DNA of 32,088 bases from Candidatus Aenigmatarchaeota archaeon (GCA_023137195.1 JAGLPV010000014.1:1-32088), one strand, 5' to 3'. Shown: positions 1-10,773, counted from the stretch's first letter. The notes: a model not told the origin generated them from the sequence alone. Numbers and translations: made by a program.

Positions 1-175
1 GGTAGTGAACAAAGGAATTTGCCCCGAAAGAGCAAATTCCGCAGTGAGCACCGAAACACCTTGAAAAGTGCGGTAAATTACGTAAGCCCAGCAATTTTCA
101 TGGTTTTTTTCGTTGTATTTTTTGCAAGGAAACGAAAAAACTCGTAAGCGTAAGGAACATATGACACAACCATCA
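1..175. other. Non-coding segment with several stem-loops (candidate structured RNA or mobile-element end), probably truncated by the window edge
   Basis: GGAATTTGC(14-22)/GCAAATTCC(32-40); ACCG..CAC(50-59)/GTGCGGT(68-74); TTTTTTCGTT(105-114)/AACGAAAAAA(131-140); possible closing stem GGTAGTG(1-7)/CACAACC(165-171). No family recognised. Confidence 0.35.
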
Positions 176-214
176 ATTATTTTAAAATGTTTTCTTTATT
201 ATATTTATTACATC

Positions 215-287
215 GCTCCTGTAGTGTAGTTGGTAATCATACAGGCCTCTCAAGCCTGTGACTTGGGTTCGAATCCCGGCAGGAGCA
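215..287 (+). tRNA. tRNA-Glu (anticodon CTC), intronless, CCA not encoded
   Basis: Acceptor GCTCCTG/CAGGAGC+A; anticodon stem CAGGC/GCCTG with loop CT-CTC-AA; T-loop GGTTCGAATCC; TATA-like TTTTAAAA at ~180-187. Confidence 0.96.
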
Positions 288-328
288 TAAACGAAACATC
301 TATATAAACTTCAATTCCAATTATTTCT

Positions 329-931
329 ATGTTCGGCATGATAAAAAAAATAGAAAAAGTAAAAATCAGCAACAGCATATACCACGAATTAAAAAACGAA
401 GCTGTCCGTGGAGAACAAAACAATATTGTAGTTTGCGGCGTTCTTCTGGGCGATATCGGCTACATTAATGTCGGCTTAAAGATGATATATCAGGCAAAAT
501 GCAGCCAAATTATAAATTACGAAACCCTTCAGTCAAACAAAGCACTAATAAGTCCCCTGAAAGTCAGAGAAGGTTTATTCTTCGGAAACTCCTATAACAT
601 TTATCTCCCAGACCCAAAAATAATCAACAAACAAAAGAATGCAATAGGCATCTATGCTTTTTTCCCCCGCAACCTAAAAAAACTGGAAGAGAACATAAAA
701 AAAAGATACAGGAATAAAGGAGGGAGTTTTAAATTCATGTTATTAACTTCATTTAAAGACGCAAATATTATTTCAAAAAAAGAAAAATCCGTAAAGGGAA
801 TTTCCGGGTTTTTGAAAACAAATGAAATAAATGAACTCCAGATATTAAAATCCCGCATACATTCAATGCAAATGAATATTGTGTGTTTGCAAAAAAATAT
901 GAATCCAGTCAGTGTTGAAATTGTTGTTTGA
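329..931 (+). CDS. Hypothetical protein; N-terminus resembles a degenerate JAB/MPN domain
   Basis: 200-aa ORF after TATATAAA (~301-308). KISNSIYHELKNEA...VVCGVLLG resembles the MPN start (E-x-CG-x-L-x-G) but has no catalytic Glu or HxH. Confidence 0.55.
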   Translation: MFGMIKKIEKVKISNSIYHELKNEAVRGEQNNIVVCGVLLGDIGYINVGLKMIYQAKCSQIINYETLQSNKALISPLKVREGLFFGNSYNIYLPDPKIINKQKNAIGIYAFFPRNLKKLEENIKKRYRNKGGSFKFMLLTSFKDANIISKKEKSVKGISGFLKTNEINELQILKSRIHSMQMNIVCLQKNMNPVSVEIVV

Positions 932-933
932 TA

Positions 934-1650
934 TTACATTAAAATTTTAATGTTGTTTTTTTCAATTGATTTTTTTATGTCATTTATTTTTTCTTGTGGT
1001 GGCGCAGTTAAGTCTTTAAAACGGGCTTTATGGGCATCATCCCATTTATCTTCCCCAAGGGAACTGTATGGTAGTAGTTCAATTAATTCCAGGTTCTTTA
1101 GCTGTTCGGCAAATTTTATCAATTGGTTGATGTCTTTTTCTGAATCTGTTTTTCCTGAAATCAAAACATACCTTAACCAGACTGGTTTTTTTGAGGCGAC
1201 ATATTTTATATTTTCTAAAATTAGTTTATTGGTCTTTCCTGTCAGAGCCAAATGCTCTTTTTCATCTATCTGCTTGACAGAGACTAAAAACAAATCAACT
1301 ACGGGCAGAAGGGCATCCAAAACTTTTTTTTGGGTGTAGAGGCATGTGTCTATTGCTGTGTGAATGTTTTTTTGTCTGCAAAGAGTAAGTAGTTCTCTTA
1401 CAAATTCCCATTGCATCGTGGGTTCGCCACCACTTATTGTAATGCCGCCGTTTTTGAGGTAAGGGATGCATTTGTCTATTTTTCTCATCAACTCTTCTGG
1501 TTCAATTTGTTTGCCTCCAAGAGGAGTTATTAAGTCAGAATTATGGCAGAAAACACATTTGAGGGGACATCCCTGCATAAAAACGACATACCTAATTCCA
1601 GGACCATCTAAAGTGCCAAATGACTGGATTGAATTGATTCTTCCCTTCAT
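934..1650 (-). CDS. pflA: Pyruvate formate-lyase activating enzyme (radical SAM)
   Basis: DGPGIRYVVFMQGCPLKCVFCHN (CxxxCxxC), GGITISGGEP, HTAIDT, ELLPY; SD GAGGT; directly downstream of pflB. Confidence 0.96.
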   Translation of the reverse strand: MKGRINSIQSFGTLDGPGIRYVVFMQGCPLKCVFCHNSDLITPLGGKQIEPEELMRKIDKCIPYLKNGGITISGGEPTMQWEFVRELLTLCRQKNIHTAIDTCLYTQKKVLDALLPVVDLFLVSVKQIDEKEHLALTGKTNKLILENIKYVASKKPVWLRYVLISGKTDSEKDINQLIKFAEQLKNLELIELLPYSSLGEDKWDDAHKARFKDLTAPPQEKINDIKKSIEKNNIKILM

Positions 1651-1667
1651 TTAATTACCTCTGTTAA

Positions 1668-3896
1668 TTATATGGTATTGTGGAATGTTCTGGCAATGAC
1701 TTCTTTTTGCTGTTCCTTGTTCAGCCTGTCAAAATTTACGGCATAGCCGGAAACTCTTATTGTAAGGGAAGGATATTTTCCCGGGTTGTTCATTGCGTCG
1801 ATTAGTAGTTCCCTGTCAAGTACGTTTACATTTAGGTGATGGGCATTTTTTAGGAAATAGCCTTCAATCAGGTTCATTAAGTTTGTTGATTTGCTCTCTG
1901 GTGTTTTTCCAAGGACGCTCGGGACAATTGAAAAAGTGTTGGATATCCCGTCCATGCATGAAGAGTAAGGGATTTTTGCGACGCTGTTTAACGAGGCAAT
2001 TGCTCCTTCTTTATCCCTGCCGTGCATCGGGTTTGCACCCGGAGCGAAAGGCTCTCCTTTTTTCCTTCCGTCAGGGGTGGTTCCTGTCTTTTTGCCGTAA
2101 ACCACATTTGAAGTTATTGTCAGGATTGAGAGCGTGTGCTCTGCATCCCTGTAAGCAGGGTATTTTTTCAGGAAATTTATGAAGGAGGTCACCCCTTCTA
2201 TTGCAATGTGATCTACCTCTGAATCATCATTTCCAAATTTCGGGAAAGTCCCTTTTATTTTGAAGTCAACTGTAATGCCTTCCTTGTTTCTTACAGGCAT
2301 GACTTTTGCGTATTTTATTGCAGATAAAGAGTCTGCAATCACACTTAATCCTGCCAGACCAAATGCCATTTTTCTTTTTACGTAGGTGTCATGCAAAGCC
2401 ATCTGTGACCTTTCGTAGCTGTATTTGTCGTGCATAAAATGGATTATGTTCATTGTGCTTACGTATTGCTCTGAAAGCCAGTTAGAGTAAAACATGAATT
2501 TTTCTTTTATTTCATCATAATCCAGATATTTTCCCTTTGGTATCGGTTGTATGGGGGCTATCTGTTCGCCTGAAATTTCATCCCTTCCGCCGTTTATTGC
2601 CAGGAGGAGAAGTTTTGCTCCGTTGCATCTTGCCCCGAAAAACTGCATGTCTTTGCCGACCCGCATTGCGCTGACACAACAGGATATTGCATAATCATCA
2701 CTGAATAAAGATTTCATCAAATCGTCATTTTCATATTGGATGGAGCTTGTATTGATGCTTGTCTGACAGCAATATTTTTTGAAGCTTTCCGGGAGTTGAG
2801 CGCTCCATAGAACTGTTATGTTTGGTTCAGGGGCAGGACCAAGATTGGTCAAAGTATGAAGGAGTCTAAATGAAGTTTTATTGACAAGTGGTTTTGAACT
2901 CATCCCTCCTATGGCACAAGTGACCCAGGTCGGCTGACCGGCAAAGAGGGCATCGTAGTCAGGATGTCTCAAGTGCCTTACAAAACGCATCTTCAGGACA
3001 AGATGGTCGATTAATTCCTGGGCTTGTTTTTCAGTCAAGACTTTGTTTTTCAAGTCCCGCTCTATGTAAATGTCGAAAAAAGAATCAACCCTTCCAAAGG
3101 ACATTGCCGCACCGTCCTGTTCTTTGATTGCGGCAAGGTAAGCGAACCAAGTCCATTGGATTGCCTCTTTTGCATTTTGTGCAGGTTTGCTTATATCAAA
3201 TCCATATTTTTCAGCCATTTGGATTATTTCTTTTAATGCCAGACTCTGTTCAAATACTTCTTCCCTTAACTGAATTTTGTCCAGGGGAATTTTTTCATAA
3301 TCCTTTTGTTTTTCTTCTATCAGCCAGTCTATCCCGTAAAGAGCAACTCGCCTGTAATCGCCGATTATTCTTCCGCGCCCGTAATTGTCCGGGAGTCCTG
3401 TGATTAACCCGGCGCGTCTTAACTGTTTTATTTTTGGAGAATATGTAGAAAAGACACCGTCATTATGCGTCTTGCAATAACTGAATATTTTTTTTACCTC
3501 TGCGTCAAGTGTGTAGCCATGTGCTTCGCAGGCTTTCTGGGTGGATTTTATACCTCCTTTTGGTTTTATTCCCATTTTCAGGGGTTTGTCTGTCTGGTAT
3601 CCTACAATGACTTCCAGATTTTTGTCGACATATCCCGGTTCATGGGATGTTATGGTAGAGGGGGTTTTTGTGTCTACATCATAGACACCGCCTTTTTTTG
3701 CTTCTTCTGCCAGAAGCTTTTTTTTCTTTGAAAAGAGGTTTGTTGTTTTGTCTGTTGGCTCTTCGAGAAACGATTCGTCTCCGTCGTAAAAAGAGTAATT
3801 CTTTTGAATAAAATCCCGTACATCAATGGTTTTGGTCCATCTTCCCTTGTTAAAACCAGTCCAGCTTTTTTCTTCTATTAATTTTTTATCATCCAT
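1668..3896 (-). CDS. pflB: Formate C-acetyltransferase (pyruvate formate-lyase), bacterial type
   Basis: [33 protein letters not shown], active-site AISCCVSAM, glycyl-radical loop [13 protein letters not shown] 3896 preferred over TTG 3902 from the spacing to SD GGAGGT (3911-3906). Confidence 0.97.
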   Translation of the reverse strand: MDDKKLIEEKSWTGFNKGRWTKTIDVRDFIQKNYSFYDGDESFLEEPTDKTTNLFSKKKKLLAEEAKKGGVYDVDTKTPSTITSHEPGYVDKNLEVIVGYQTDKPLKMGIKPKGGIKSTQKACEAHGYTLDAEVKKIFSYCKTHNDGVFSTYSPKIKQLRRAGLITGLPDNYGRGRIIGDYRRVALYGIDWLIEEKQKDYEKIPLDKIQLREEVFEQSLALKEIIQMAEKYGFDISKPAQNAKEAIQWTWFAYLAAIKEQDGAAMSFGRVDSFFDIYIERDLKNKVLTEKQAQELIDHLVLKMRFVRHLRHPDYDALFAGQPTWVTCAIGGMSSKPLVNKTSFRLLHTLTNLGPAPEPNITVLWSAQLPESFKKYCCQTSINTSSIQYENDDLMKSLFSDDYAISCCVSAMRVGKDMQFFGARCNGAKLLLLAINGGRDEISGEQIAPIQPIPKGKYLDYDEIKEKFMFYSNWLSEQYVSTMNIIHFMHDKYSYERSQMALHDTYVKRKMAFGLAGLSVIADSLSAIKYAKVMPVRNKEGITVDFKIKGTFPKFGNDDSEVDHIAIEGVTSFINFLKKYPAYRDAEHTLSILTITSNVVYGKKTGTTPDGRKKGEPFAPGANPMHGRDKEGAIASLNSVAKIPYSSCMDGISNTFSIVPSVLGKTPESKSTNLMNLIEGYFLKNAHHLNVNVLDRELLIDAMNNPGKYPSLTIRVSGYAVNFDRLNKEQQKEVIARTFHNTI

Positions 3897-4258
3897 TGTC
3901 AACTTACCTCCTTAATTAGAATGCGCGGAACAATTATATAAATGTATAGGCGGGTGTGGTTGTTGGATAAGACTTATTGAAGAAAGCTGTTTTTGTTCGC
4001 TTTTTATCTTATAACATCATATGACCGAAAAACAAATTGGTTAATGGTCATAAGGTTCAATTGAGTTTATGTTTTCCAAAAAATGGTTTTTAGTCTTACG
4101 AACATGTACAGGATATTCAATTGAAGAAATAATGTTTGTGGTGCTATTGCACAAGTTTCGATCAAATGGCTTGCTGATCTTGTTTAACGATTTATAGCGG
4201 GCTTGTTAAAAACAGCAAAATTTATATAATGTTCAATAATTATGCAGTAATATCGATA

Positions 4259-4286
4259 TTTGTGAAAAAATCACAAAGTATATAAG
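4259..4286 (+). promoter_or_regulatory. Palindrome TTTGTGA-N5-TCACAAA abutting TATA box TATATAAG of the ATPase/RloB operon
   Basis: Inverted repeat 4259-4277; TATA 4279-4286, ~25 nt before ATG 4309. Confidence 0.5.
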
Positions 4287-4308
4287 TGTGTGTGCTATAG
4301 ACGATAGT

Positions 4309-5565
4309 ATGCTAATAGAATTAAAAGTTAAAAATTTTATGTCCTTTAAAGAAGAAACAATTTTTTCTATGGAACGAAGTAGTATTGACAAAGATAAATT
4401 AATTAATAACTTTACTAAAATCAATGAATTAAATATCCTTAAAAGTTCGATAATTTTAGGAGCAAATGCTTCTGGAAAATCTAATTTATTGTTAGCACTT
4501 GATTTTATTAAATGGTTGTTAAAAAGCTCAAGAACATTTGAAAAAAAACAGAAAATAAAATATTTTCCATTTAAACTAGATTCAAATTATAGAGAAGAGA
4601 AACCTATTTCTTTTCAAATTAAATTTATTTCTAATAATAATATTTATGCTTATGACATCAGTTTGCGTAAAAATATTAAAAAAACATCAGAATATGGATT
4701 TAAAATAATCTCTGAAAAATTAGAAAAAAATAATGTTTTAATTTATAATAGGAGAGAGAAAAATAAGTTTGAATTTAATCCTTCTGTTTCTGATGAAACA
4801 AGAATCACTTCAACAATTCTATATGAAAATGCTTTATTATTAAGTACTTCGGCAATAAAAAAAACAGAAAAATCATTAGAAGAAGCATACCAATGGTTTG
4901 ATGAAATTTTAGAAGTTAATATGGGCGGATTACTTAGTAAAGAAGCAACAATTGATAATTATAACAAGAATCCTAAATTCAAAACCTATTTAATGAATTA
5001 TTTAAAAAAAGCAGATTTGGGAAATATTACGGACTTAAAAATAAAAAAAAGAAAATTTACATTCCCAAAAGATCTTCCAGAAGACATAATACAAGAGTTT
5101 TTGAAAGAAAACAAATACATTATAGAAACATATCATTTAGATGAAAAAAAAGAAAATATTAAGTTTGATTTTGATATGGAAGAATCAAATGGAACAAAGA
5201 AATTCACATACTTACTAGGATATATTTATAACTTAATCAACCAGAACAAAGTATTAATTATTGATGAATTAGAAAATGGATTGCATCCAGAATTGTTAAA
5301 GCTGATTTTCCAAATAATACATAAAACTGATTGCAAAGCGCAATTAATTTCAACAACTCACTCTTATTCTTTATTACAATATGTAAATTCAGATAATGAT
5401 GAGGTTTTTAGAAGAGATCAAATTTGGTTTGCCAGAAAAAAGAAGGATATGTCAACTCAATTATATTCTTTAGTAAATATAGGCGGTATAAGAAAAGATT
5501 TGAGAATTTGGAAAGCCTATTTTGAGGGCAGATTAGAAGCATTTCCAAATATAAAATTTGAATAA
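4309..5565 (+). CDS. AAA_21/AbiEii-like ABC-type ATPase (RloA-like)
   Basis: MLIELKVKNFMSFKEE start, Walker A GANASGKSN, signature-like ESNGTKK, Walker B LIIDELENGLHP, H-loop STTHS, FRRDQIWF. ATG 4309 preferred over GTG 4288. Confidence 0.9.
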   Translation: MLIELKVKNFMSFKEETIFSMERSSIDKDKLINNFTKINELNILKSSIILGANASGKSNLLLALDFIKWLLKSSRTFEKKQKIKYFPFKLDSNYREEKPISFQIKFISNNNIYAYDISLRKNIKKTSEYGFKIISEKLEKNNVLIYNRREKNKFEFNPSVSDETRITSTILYENALLLSTSAIKKTEKSLEEAYQWFDEILEVNMGGLLSKEATIDNYNKNPKFKTYLMNYLKKADLGNITDLKIKKRKFTFPKDLPEDIIQEFLKENKYIIETYHLDEKKENIKFDFDMEESNGTKKFTYLLGYIYNLINQNKVLIIDELENGLHPELLKLIFQIIHKTDCKAQLISTTHSYSLLQYVNSDNDEVFRRDQIWFARKKKDMSTQLYSLVNIGGIRKDLRIWKAYFEGRLEAFPNIKFE

Positions 5566-5566
5566 A

Positions 5567-6298
5567 ATGGCAAGAGATGAATCTGAAGTTATTCATATAG
5601 GGAGTGAGAAACCAAAAAAAGAAGTAGGCGGTGTGCTTGACTCAGAAAAAACTCTTTTTCATGGAATAAAGATGTTCTTATTTTGTGAGGGAAAAACAGA
5701 ATATAATTATTTTAAAGGGTTTGAAATAAATCAAGGCAATTCTAGATTAGAAATTATACCTCGTTTTCCAATTAATAACGAATGCGGTATTGAAAAACTA
5801 GTTGAACAGGTGTTGTCCTCTAAAGCAGAGGGAAAAGTAATTGTTAAATCCGATGAAAGTAAAATCATTCATGAAGTGAAAGATGGCGATGAATTTAATA
5901 TAATTTTTGATTGTGAAAAAAATTTTAATATGAATAAGAATGGTAAATCAAAAATGGATGAAGCAAAAGAACTACTTGGTGACGACAATACTTTATTTTT
6001 GTCAAATCACAATTTTGAAGTTTGGATATTGTGTCATTTCAAAAAACCTAATCGTTCTTGTAAATCAACGAACCTAATAAAACAAATACTAAAAGAAAGC
6101 AAGTGGGAAAAATATAAAAAAAATGATAAAGAGCTTTTTGATAAATTAAAGGATAAATTAGATTTAGCAATCCATAATGCAAATGAATTAATTGAAGAAA
6201 GAAAAAACGCAGGAATCAAAATCCATTCTATAAAGAGCAATCCTGTTACAGAAATAGGTATTTTGATTAAAAATATTAATTCTCAATTAATTGATTAA
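5567..6298 (+). CDS. RloB-like (TOPRIM-related) protein, partner of the ATPase
   Basis: FCEGKTEYNYF, IFD, LSNHNFEVWILCHF and NPVTEI match RloB-family motifs; ATG 1 nt after the ATPase stop. Confidence 0.88.
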   Translation: MARDESEVIHIGSEKPKKEVGGVLDSEKTLFHGIKMFLFCEGKTEYNYFKGFEINQGNSRLEIIPRFPINNECGIEKLVEQVLSSKAEGKVIVKSDESKIIHEVKDGDEFNIIFDCEKNFNMNKNGKSKMDEAKELLGDDNTLFLSNHNFEVWILCHFKKPNRSCKSTNLIKQILKESKWEKYKKNDKELFDKLKDKLDLAIHNANELIEERKNAGIKIHSIKSNPVTEIGILIKNINSQLID

Positions 6299-6347
6299 CT
6301 CAACTTTTGAAATTTGCTATGCAAAACAGAGGAATTAACAATAAACA

Positions 6348-6381
6348 TACTCTTTTCTGAGTAGCATAACATATTTAAATA
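6348..6381 (+). promoter_or_regulatory. Putative RbkR operator TACTC-N6-GAGTA upstream of the TATA box (TTTAAATA 6374-6381) of the rib operon
   Basis: Palindrome at 6348-6363, 10 nt upstream of the TATA box; position fits an activator site. Confidence 0.6.
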
Positions 6382-6400
6382 TATTGATTAATATTCTTGT

Positions 6401-7517
<1,117 letters not shown>

Positions 7518-7522
7518 AAAAT

Positions 7523-7942
7523 ATGAATGAAAAAAAAATAAGAATAGGTATTGTCGCTGCGGAATTTAACTTTGACCTAACGCAGGCAATGATAAAACTT
7601 GCAGAGGAACACGCAAAGTTCCTGAACGCGGAGGTTGTAGATATTATCTTGGTACCGGGGTGTTTTGAGATACCATTTGCATGTGCAAATACCATAAAAA
7701 GAAAAGATATTGATGCACTCGTTGCACTTGGCTCTGTTATTGAAGGGGCGACAAGCCATGATGAGATTGTAGCACAGCATTCGGCAAGAAAAATAATGGA
7801 CATTGCTCTTGAATACAACAAACCAATTGGATTCGGCATAACTGGACCAGGCATGAGCAGACTTGAAGGACACCAGAGAATCAAGAATGCCAAGAATGCA
7901 GTTGAATCTGCTGTAAAACTTGCAAGACGGTTTAATAAATGA
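7523..7942 (+). CDS. ribH: 6,7-dimethyl-8-ribityllumazine synthase
   Basis: [44 protein letters not shown]; SD AGGTGA before ATG 7523 (GTG 7514 is an alternative). Confidence 0.96.
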   Translation: MNEKKIRIGIVAAEFNFDLTQAMIKLAEEHAKFLNAEVVDIILVPGCFEIPFACANTIKRKDIDALVALGSVIEGATSHDEIVAQHSARKIMDIALEYNKPIGFGITGPGMSRLEGHQRIKNAKNAVESAVKLARRFNK

Positions 7943-9162
7943 GCATAATATCTATGGCTGAATTTGAGTTTGCAAGTATCAAAAAGGCAATTGAAGACAT
8001 CCAAAAGGGCAAAATAATTATAGTTGCGGATGACGAGAATAGGGAAAACGAAGGAGATCTTATCTGCGCTGCCGAAAAAGTTAGTCCTAAAATCATTAAT
8101 TTCATGGCAAAATATGGCAGGGGGCTTATCTGTACGCCTATGGAAAAAGAACGCCTTGAAGAGATTGAGATTCCGCAGATGGTTGTAAATAATACAGATA
8201 AGCACGAGACTGCGTTCACTGTTTCCATTGATGCAAAAAAGGAGACTACAACCGGCATTTCTGCATATGACAGGGCGGCAACTATTCTAAAAGCAATTGA
8301 TTCGCAAACCAAACCATCTGATTTTTCAAGACCAGGACATGTATTTCCATTAAAAGCAGTGCCTGGCGGTGTACTGGTAAGAGCAGGGCATACTGAAGCG
8401 GCTGTTGATTTTGCCCGGCTGGCAGGGTTGTATCCGGCTGGTGTAATCTGCGAGATAATGAAAGATGACGGGACTATGGCAAGAGTACCACAGTTGTTTG
8501 AATTTTCCAAAAAGCATAATATTTCTATTGTTACAATTGAAGATTTGATAAAGTACAGGGGAATAAATGAGAAACTTATTGAGCGTATCTCTGATGTGAA
8601 TCTGCCTACAAAATACGGTAGTTTTAGGGCTGTCTCTTATCAATCAAAAATTGACAGGCTGTGTCATGTTGCTCTTGTGAAAGGAAGTGTTAAATCAAAA
8701 GAAACTGTGCTGGTCAGGGTTCATTCAGAATGTCTTACGGGAGATGTTTTTGGGTCGCTCCGTTGTGATTGTGGAGACCAGCTTAGAGAATCCATGAAAA
8801 TGGTTAATGATGAAGGTATTGGTGTGGTGTTGTACATGCGTCAGGAAGGTAGAGGTATTGGGCTTTCAAACAAAATGAGAGCTTATGAATTGCAGGATAA
8901 TGGGCTTGATACGGTCGAAGCAAACGAGAAGCTCGGTTTTGACGCTGATTTGCGTGATTATGGTATCGGCGCGCAGATTCTTTCAGATTTAGGATTAAAG
9001 AAGATTAAGCTTATTACAAACAATCCAAGAAAGATCACAGGGCTTTCCGGTTACGGGCTTGAAATTATAGAAACAATTCCTATTCAAATAAAGCCAAACA
9101 AGAACAATAAAAAGTACCTGATGACCAAGCAAAAAAAACTTGGTCATAGATTAGGATTATAA
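7939..9162 (+). CDS. ribBA: Bifunctional DHBP synthase / GTP cyclohydrolase II (bacterial type)
   Basis: [31 protein letters not shown]; [48 protein letters not shown] overlap with the ribH stop. Confidence 0.97.
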   Translation: MSIISMAEFEFASIKKAIEDIQKGKIIIVADDENRENEGDLICAAEKVSPKIINFMAKYGRGLICTPMEKERLEEIEIPQMVVNNTDKHETAFTVSIDAKKETTTGISAYDRAATILKAIDSQTKPSDFSRPGHVFPLKAVPGGVLVRAGHTEAAVDFARLAGLYPAGVICEIMKDDGTMARVPQLFEFSKKHNISIVTIEDLIKYRGINEKLIERISDVNLPTKYGSFRAVSYQSKIDRLCHVALVKGSVKSKETVLVRVHSECLTGDVFGSLRCDCGDQLRESMKMVNDEGIGVVLYMRQEGRGIGLSNKMRAYELQDNGLDTVEANEKLGFDADLRDYGIGAQILSDLGLKKIKLITNNPRKITGLSGYGLEIIETIPIQIKPNKNNKKYLMTKQKKLGHRLGL

Positions 9163-9164
9163 TT

Positions 9165-10205
9165 ATGAGGCATATTTTTAGCGGACCATTATTTCTCGGG
9201 AAGAATCTTGAATTTGTTGAAGATGGTTTTGTTGTTGTTGAAGATGGCATGATTGTTGATTGTGGCAGAGGCAGGAAAAACAAGGCAAAGAGACATTCTA
9301 TTATACCTGCATTCATCAATGCACATACTCATATTGGAGATTATTTTCTGCGGGAGAAGTTTACTGGTATGCCTCTTGATAAAGTCTGCGGGAAAGATGG
9401 GCTGAAAAATAAATATTTGAATTCGACGGGCGATGATGTTGTGATTGAAGGGATGAAGTCTGCAATCATTGAAATGATGCGTACCGGGACATGTTGTTTT
9501 TCTGATTTTCGTGAAGGTGGGATTAAAGGCATTAAATTACTTAGGAAAGCACTTTCTAATCATGATGGCATAAGTGCTAAAATATATGGAAGACCAGATA
9601 ATCCTGATGAAGCGTTTCTGGGTGAATGTGATGGCTATGGTGCAAGAAGTATTAGAGCAGAAAAAATAAAGAGGAAAAAAGGAAAATCTATCGGGATTCA
9701 TGTATGCGAAACAAAGAGTGGTGAGTTAAAAGAAGCAATGGGCTTCGACCCGAATTTTCTTGTGCATATGAATTGTGCAGGAAAGGAAGAGATAAGTAAA
9801 GTCGCAGGCATGGATATTCCTGTTGTTGTCTGCCCGCGTTCCAATGCATATTTTGGTCTGAAATTGCCGGATATACCATTGATGCTTGAAGAAGGGATTT
9901 TGGTTTGCATAGGGACAGATAATGCAATGACTAATAGTTTGAGCATGATTTCTGAGATGGAATTTGTGTTCAGGTGGTTTATGGATAAAGTAGATGCTAT
10001 AGACATCTTAAAGATGGCAACAGTTAACCCGGCAAAAGTTTTTGGATGGAATTGTGGGTTTATAGAAAAAGGAGCTGATGCAAATCTCCTTCTTTTGGAT
10101 GAGTCTTTTTTGAAGACGCCAAATCCTTATGCAACTGTGGTTTTGAGGCTTTCGGCGCAAAAGATGGAAATTATGTTGGAGGGTAAATATGCATGTAATT
10201 GTTAA
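9165..10205 (+). CDS. Metal-dependent amidohydrolase, deaminase type; candidate riboflavin pyrimidine deaminase
   Basis: PAFINAHTHIGD (HxH), IHVCE (HxxE), LVHM, CPRSN, IGTDN, ATVNPA; starts 2 nt after ribBA and overlaps the next gene. Confidence 0.88.
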   Translation: MRHIFSGPLFLGKNLEFVEDGFVVVEDGMIVDCGRGRKNKAKRHSIIPAFINAHTHIGDYFLREKFTGMPLDKVCGKDGLKNKYLNSTGDDVVIEGMKSAIIEMMRTGTCCFSDFREGGIKGIKLLRKALSNHDGISAKIYGRPDNPDEAFLGECDGYGARSIRAEKIKRKKGKSIGIHVCETKSGELKEAMGFDPNFLVHMNCAGKEEISKVAGMDIPVVVCPRSNAYFGLKLPDIPLMLEEGILVCIGTDNAMTNSLSMISEMEFVFRWFMDKVDAIDILKMATVNPAKVFGWNCGFIEKGADANLLLLDESFLKTPNPYATVVLRLSAQKMEIMLEGKYACNC

Positions 10206-10773
10206 TTGCGCAATGAGCCTTGACGGTAGGATAGAAGGGAAGTTTTCAAATGACAAGGACTGGAAAAGAGTCTATGAACTCAGGGCAGAATGCGATGCTG
10301 TAATGGTTGGAATAAATACTATTTTGAAGGATAATTCCGGACTTACTTCTCACGGAGTAGGCAAAAATCCTCTGATTGTTGTTGTTGACAGCAAATGCAG
10401 AATACCGTCCGATGCACGTGTGTTTGAAGGTAATGTTGTTGTTGGTGTCTGCGAAGGAGTAAAGACGGATGCTGTTTGGAATAAGGCAAAAGTGATTGCA
10501 TGTGGAAAAAAACAGGTTGATTTGAAAGTACTTGTTGAGGAGCTCGCTTTAATGGGTGTTGAGAAATTGATGGTTGAGGGAGGAGGCATGTTGATTGCTT
10601 CAATGTTGGATTTGGGGCTTGTCGATCAGGTAAATGTTGCTGTTGCTCCGGTGATATTGGGCAGAGGAATTAAGTTGGTTGAGGACGAATTGAAATTGCC
10701 GGTTAATCTTAAATTGAAAGATATCCTGGAGCTTGATGAAATTGTTGTTTTGGAATATGTTGTTTTGAAATGA
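10189..10773 (+). CDS. arfC: 2,5-diamino-6-ribosylamino-4(3H)-pyrimidinone 5'-phosphate reductase (stand-alone RibD_C, ArfC/Rib7 type)
   Basis: NCAMSLDGRI, LRAECDAVMVGINTILKDNS, VVVDS, LMVEGGG, VAPVILG; no deaminase domain. Confidence 0.9.
   Translation: MHVIVNCAMSLDGRIEGKFSNDKDWKRVYELRAECDAVMVGINTILKDNSGLTSHGVGKNPLIVVVDSKCRIPSDARVFEGNVVVGVCEGVKTDAVWNKAKVIACGKKQVDLKVLVEELALMGVEKLMVEGGGMLIASMLDLGLVDQVNVAVAPVILGRGIKLVEDELKLPVNLKLKDILELDEIVVLEYVVLK

Noticed and set aside
130-155. CTCGTAAGCGT resembles the 3' end of the c-di-AMP (ydaO) riboswitch
   Set aside because: The other conserved blocks (GGGGGA, GGGGTGAAT, AGCTAAC) are absent, and the downstream gene is a tRNA.
1-175. RNase P RNA or SRP RNA call
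   Set aside because: No recognisable 3' P4 motif (AGAA..GGCTTA) or SRP helix-8 motif; only loose similarity, so left unassigned.
215-931. tRNA-anchored provirus or integrative element
   Set aside because: No integrase and no duplicated tRNA 3' end seen in the window.
6299-6400. FMN riboswitch ahead of the rib operon
   Set aside because: The region is short and AT-rich with no RFN motifs; regulation is better explained by RbkR.
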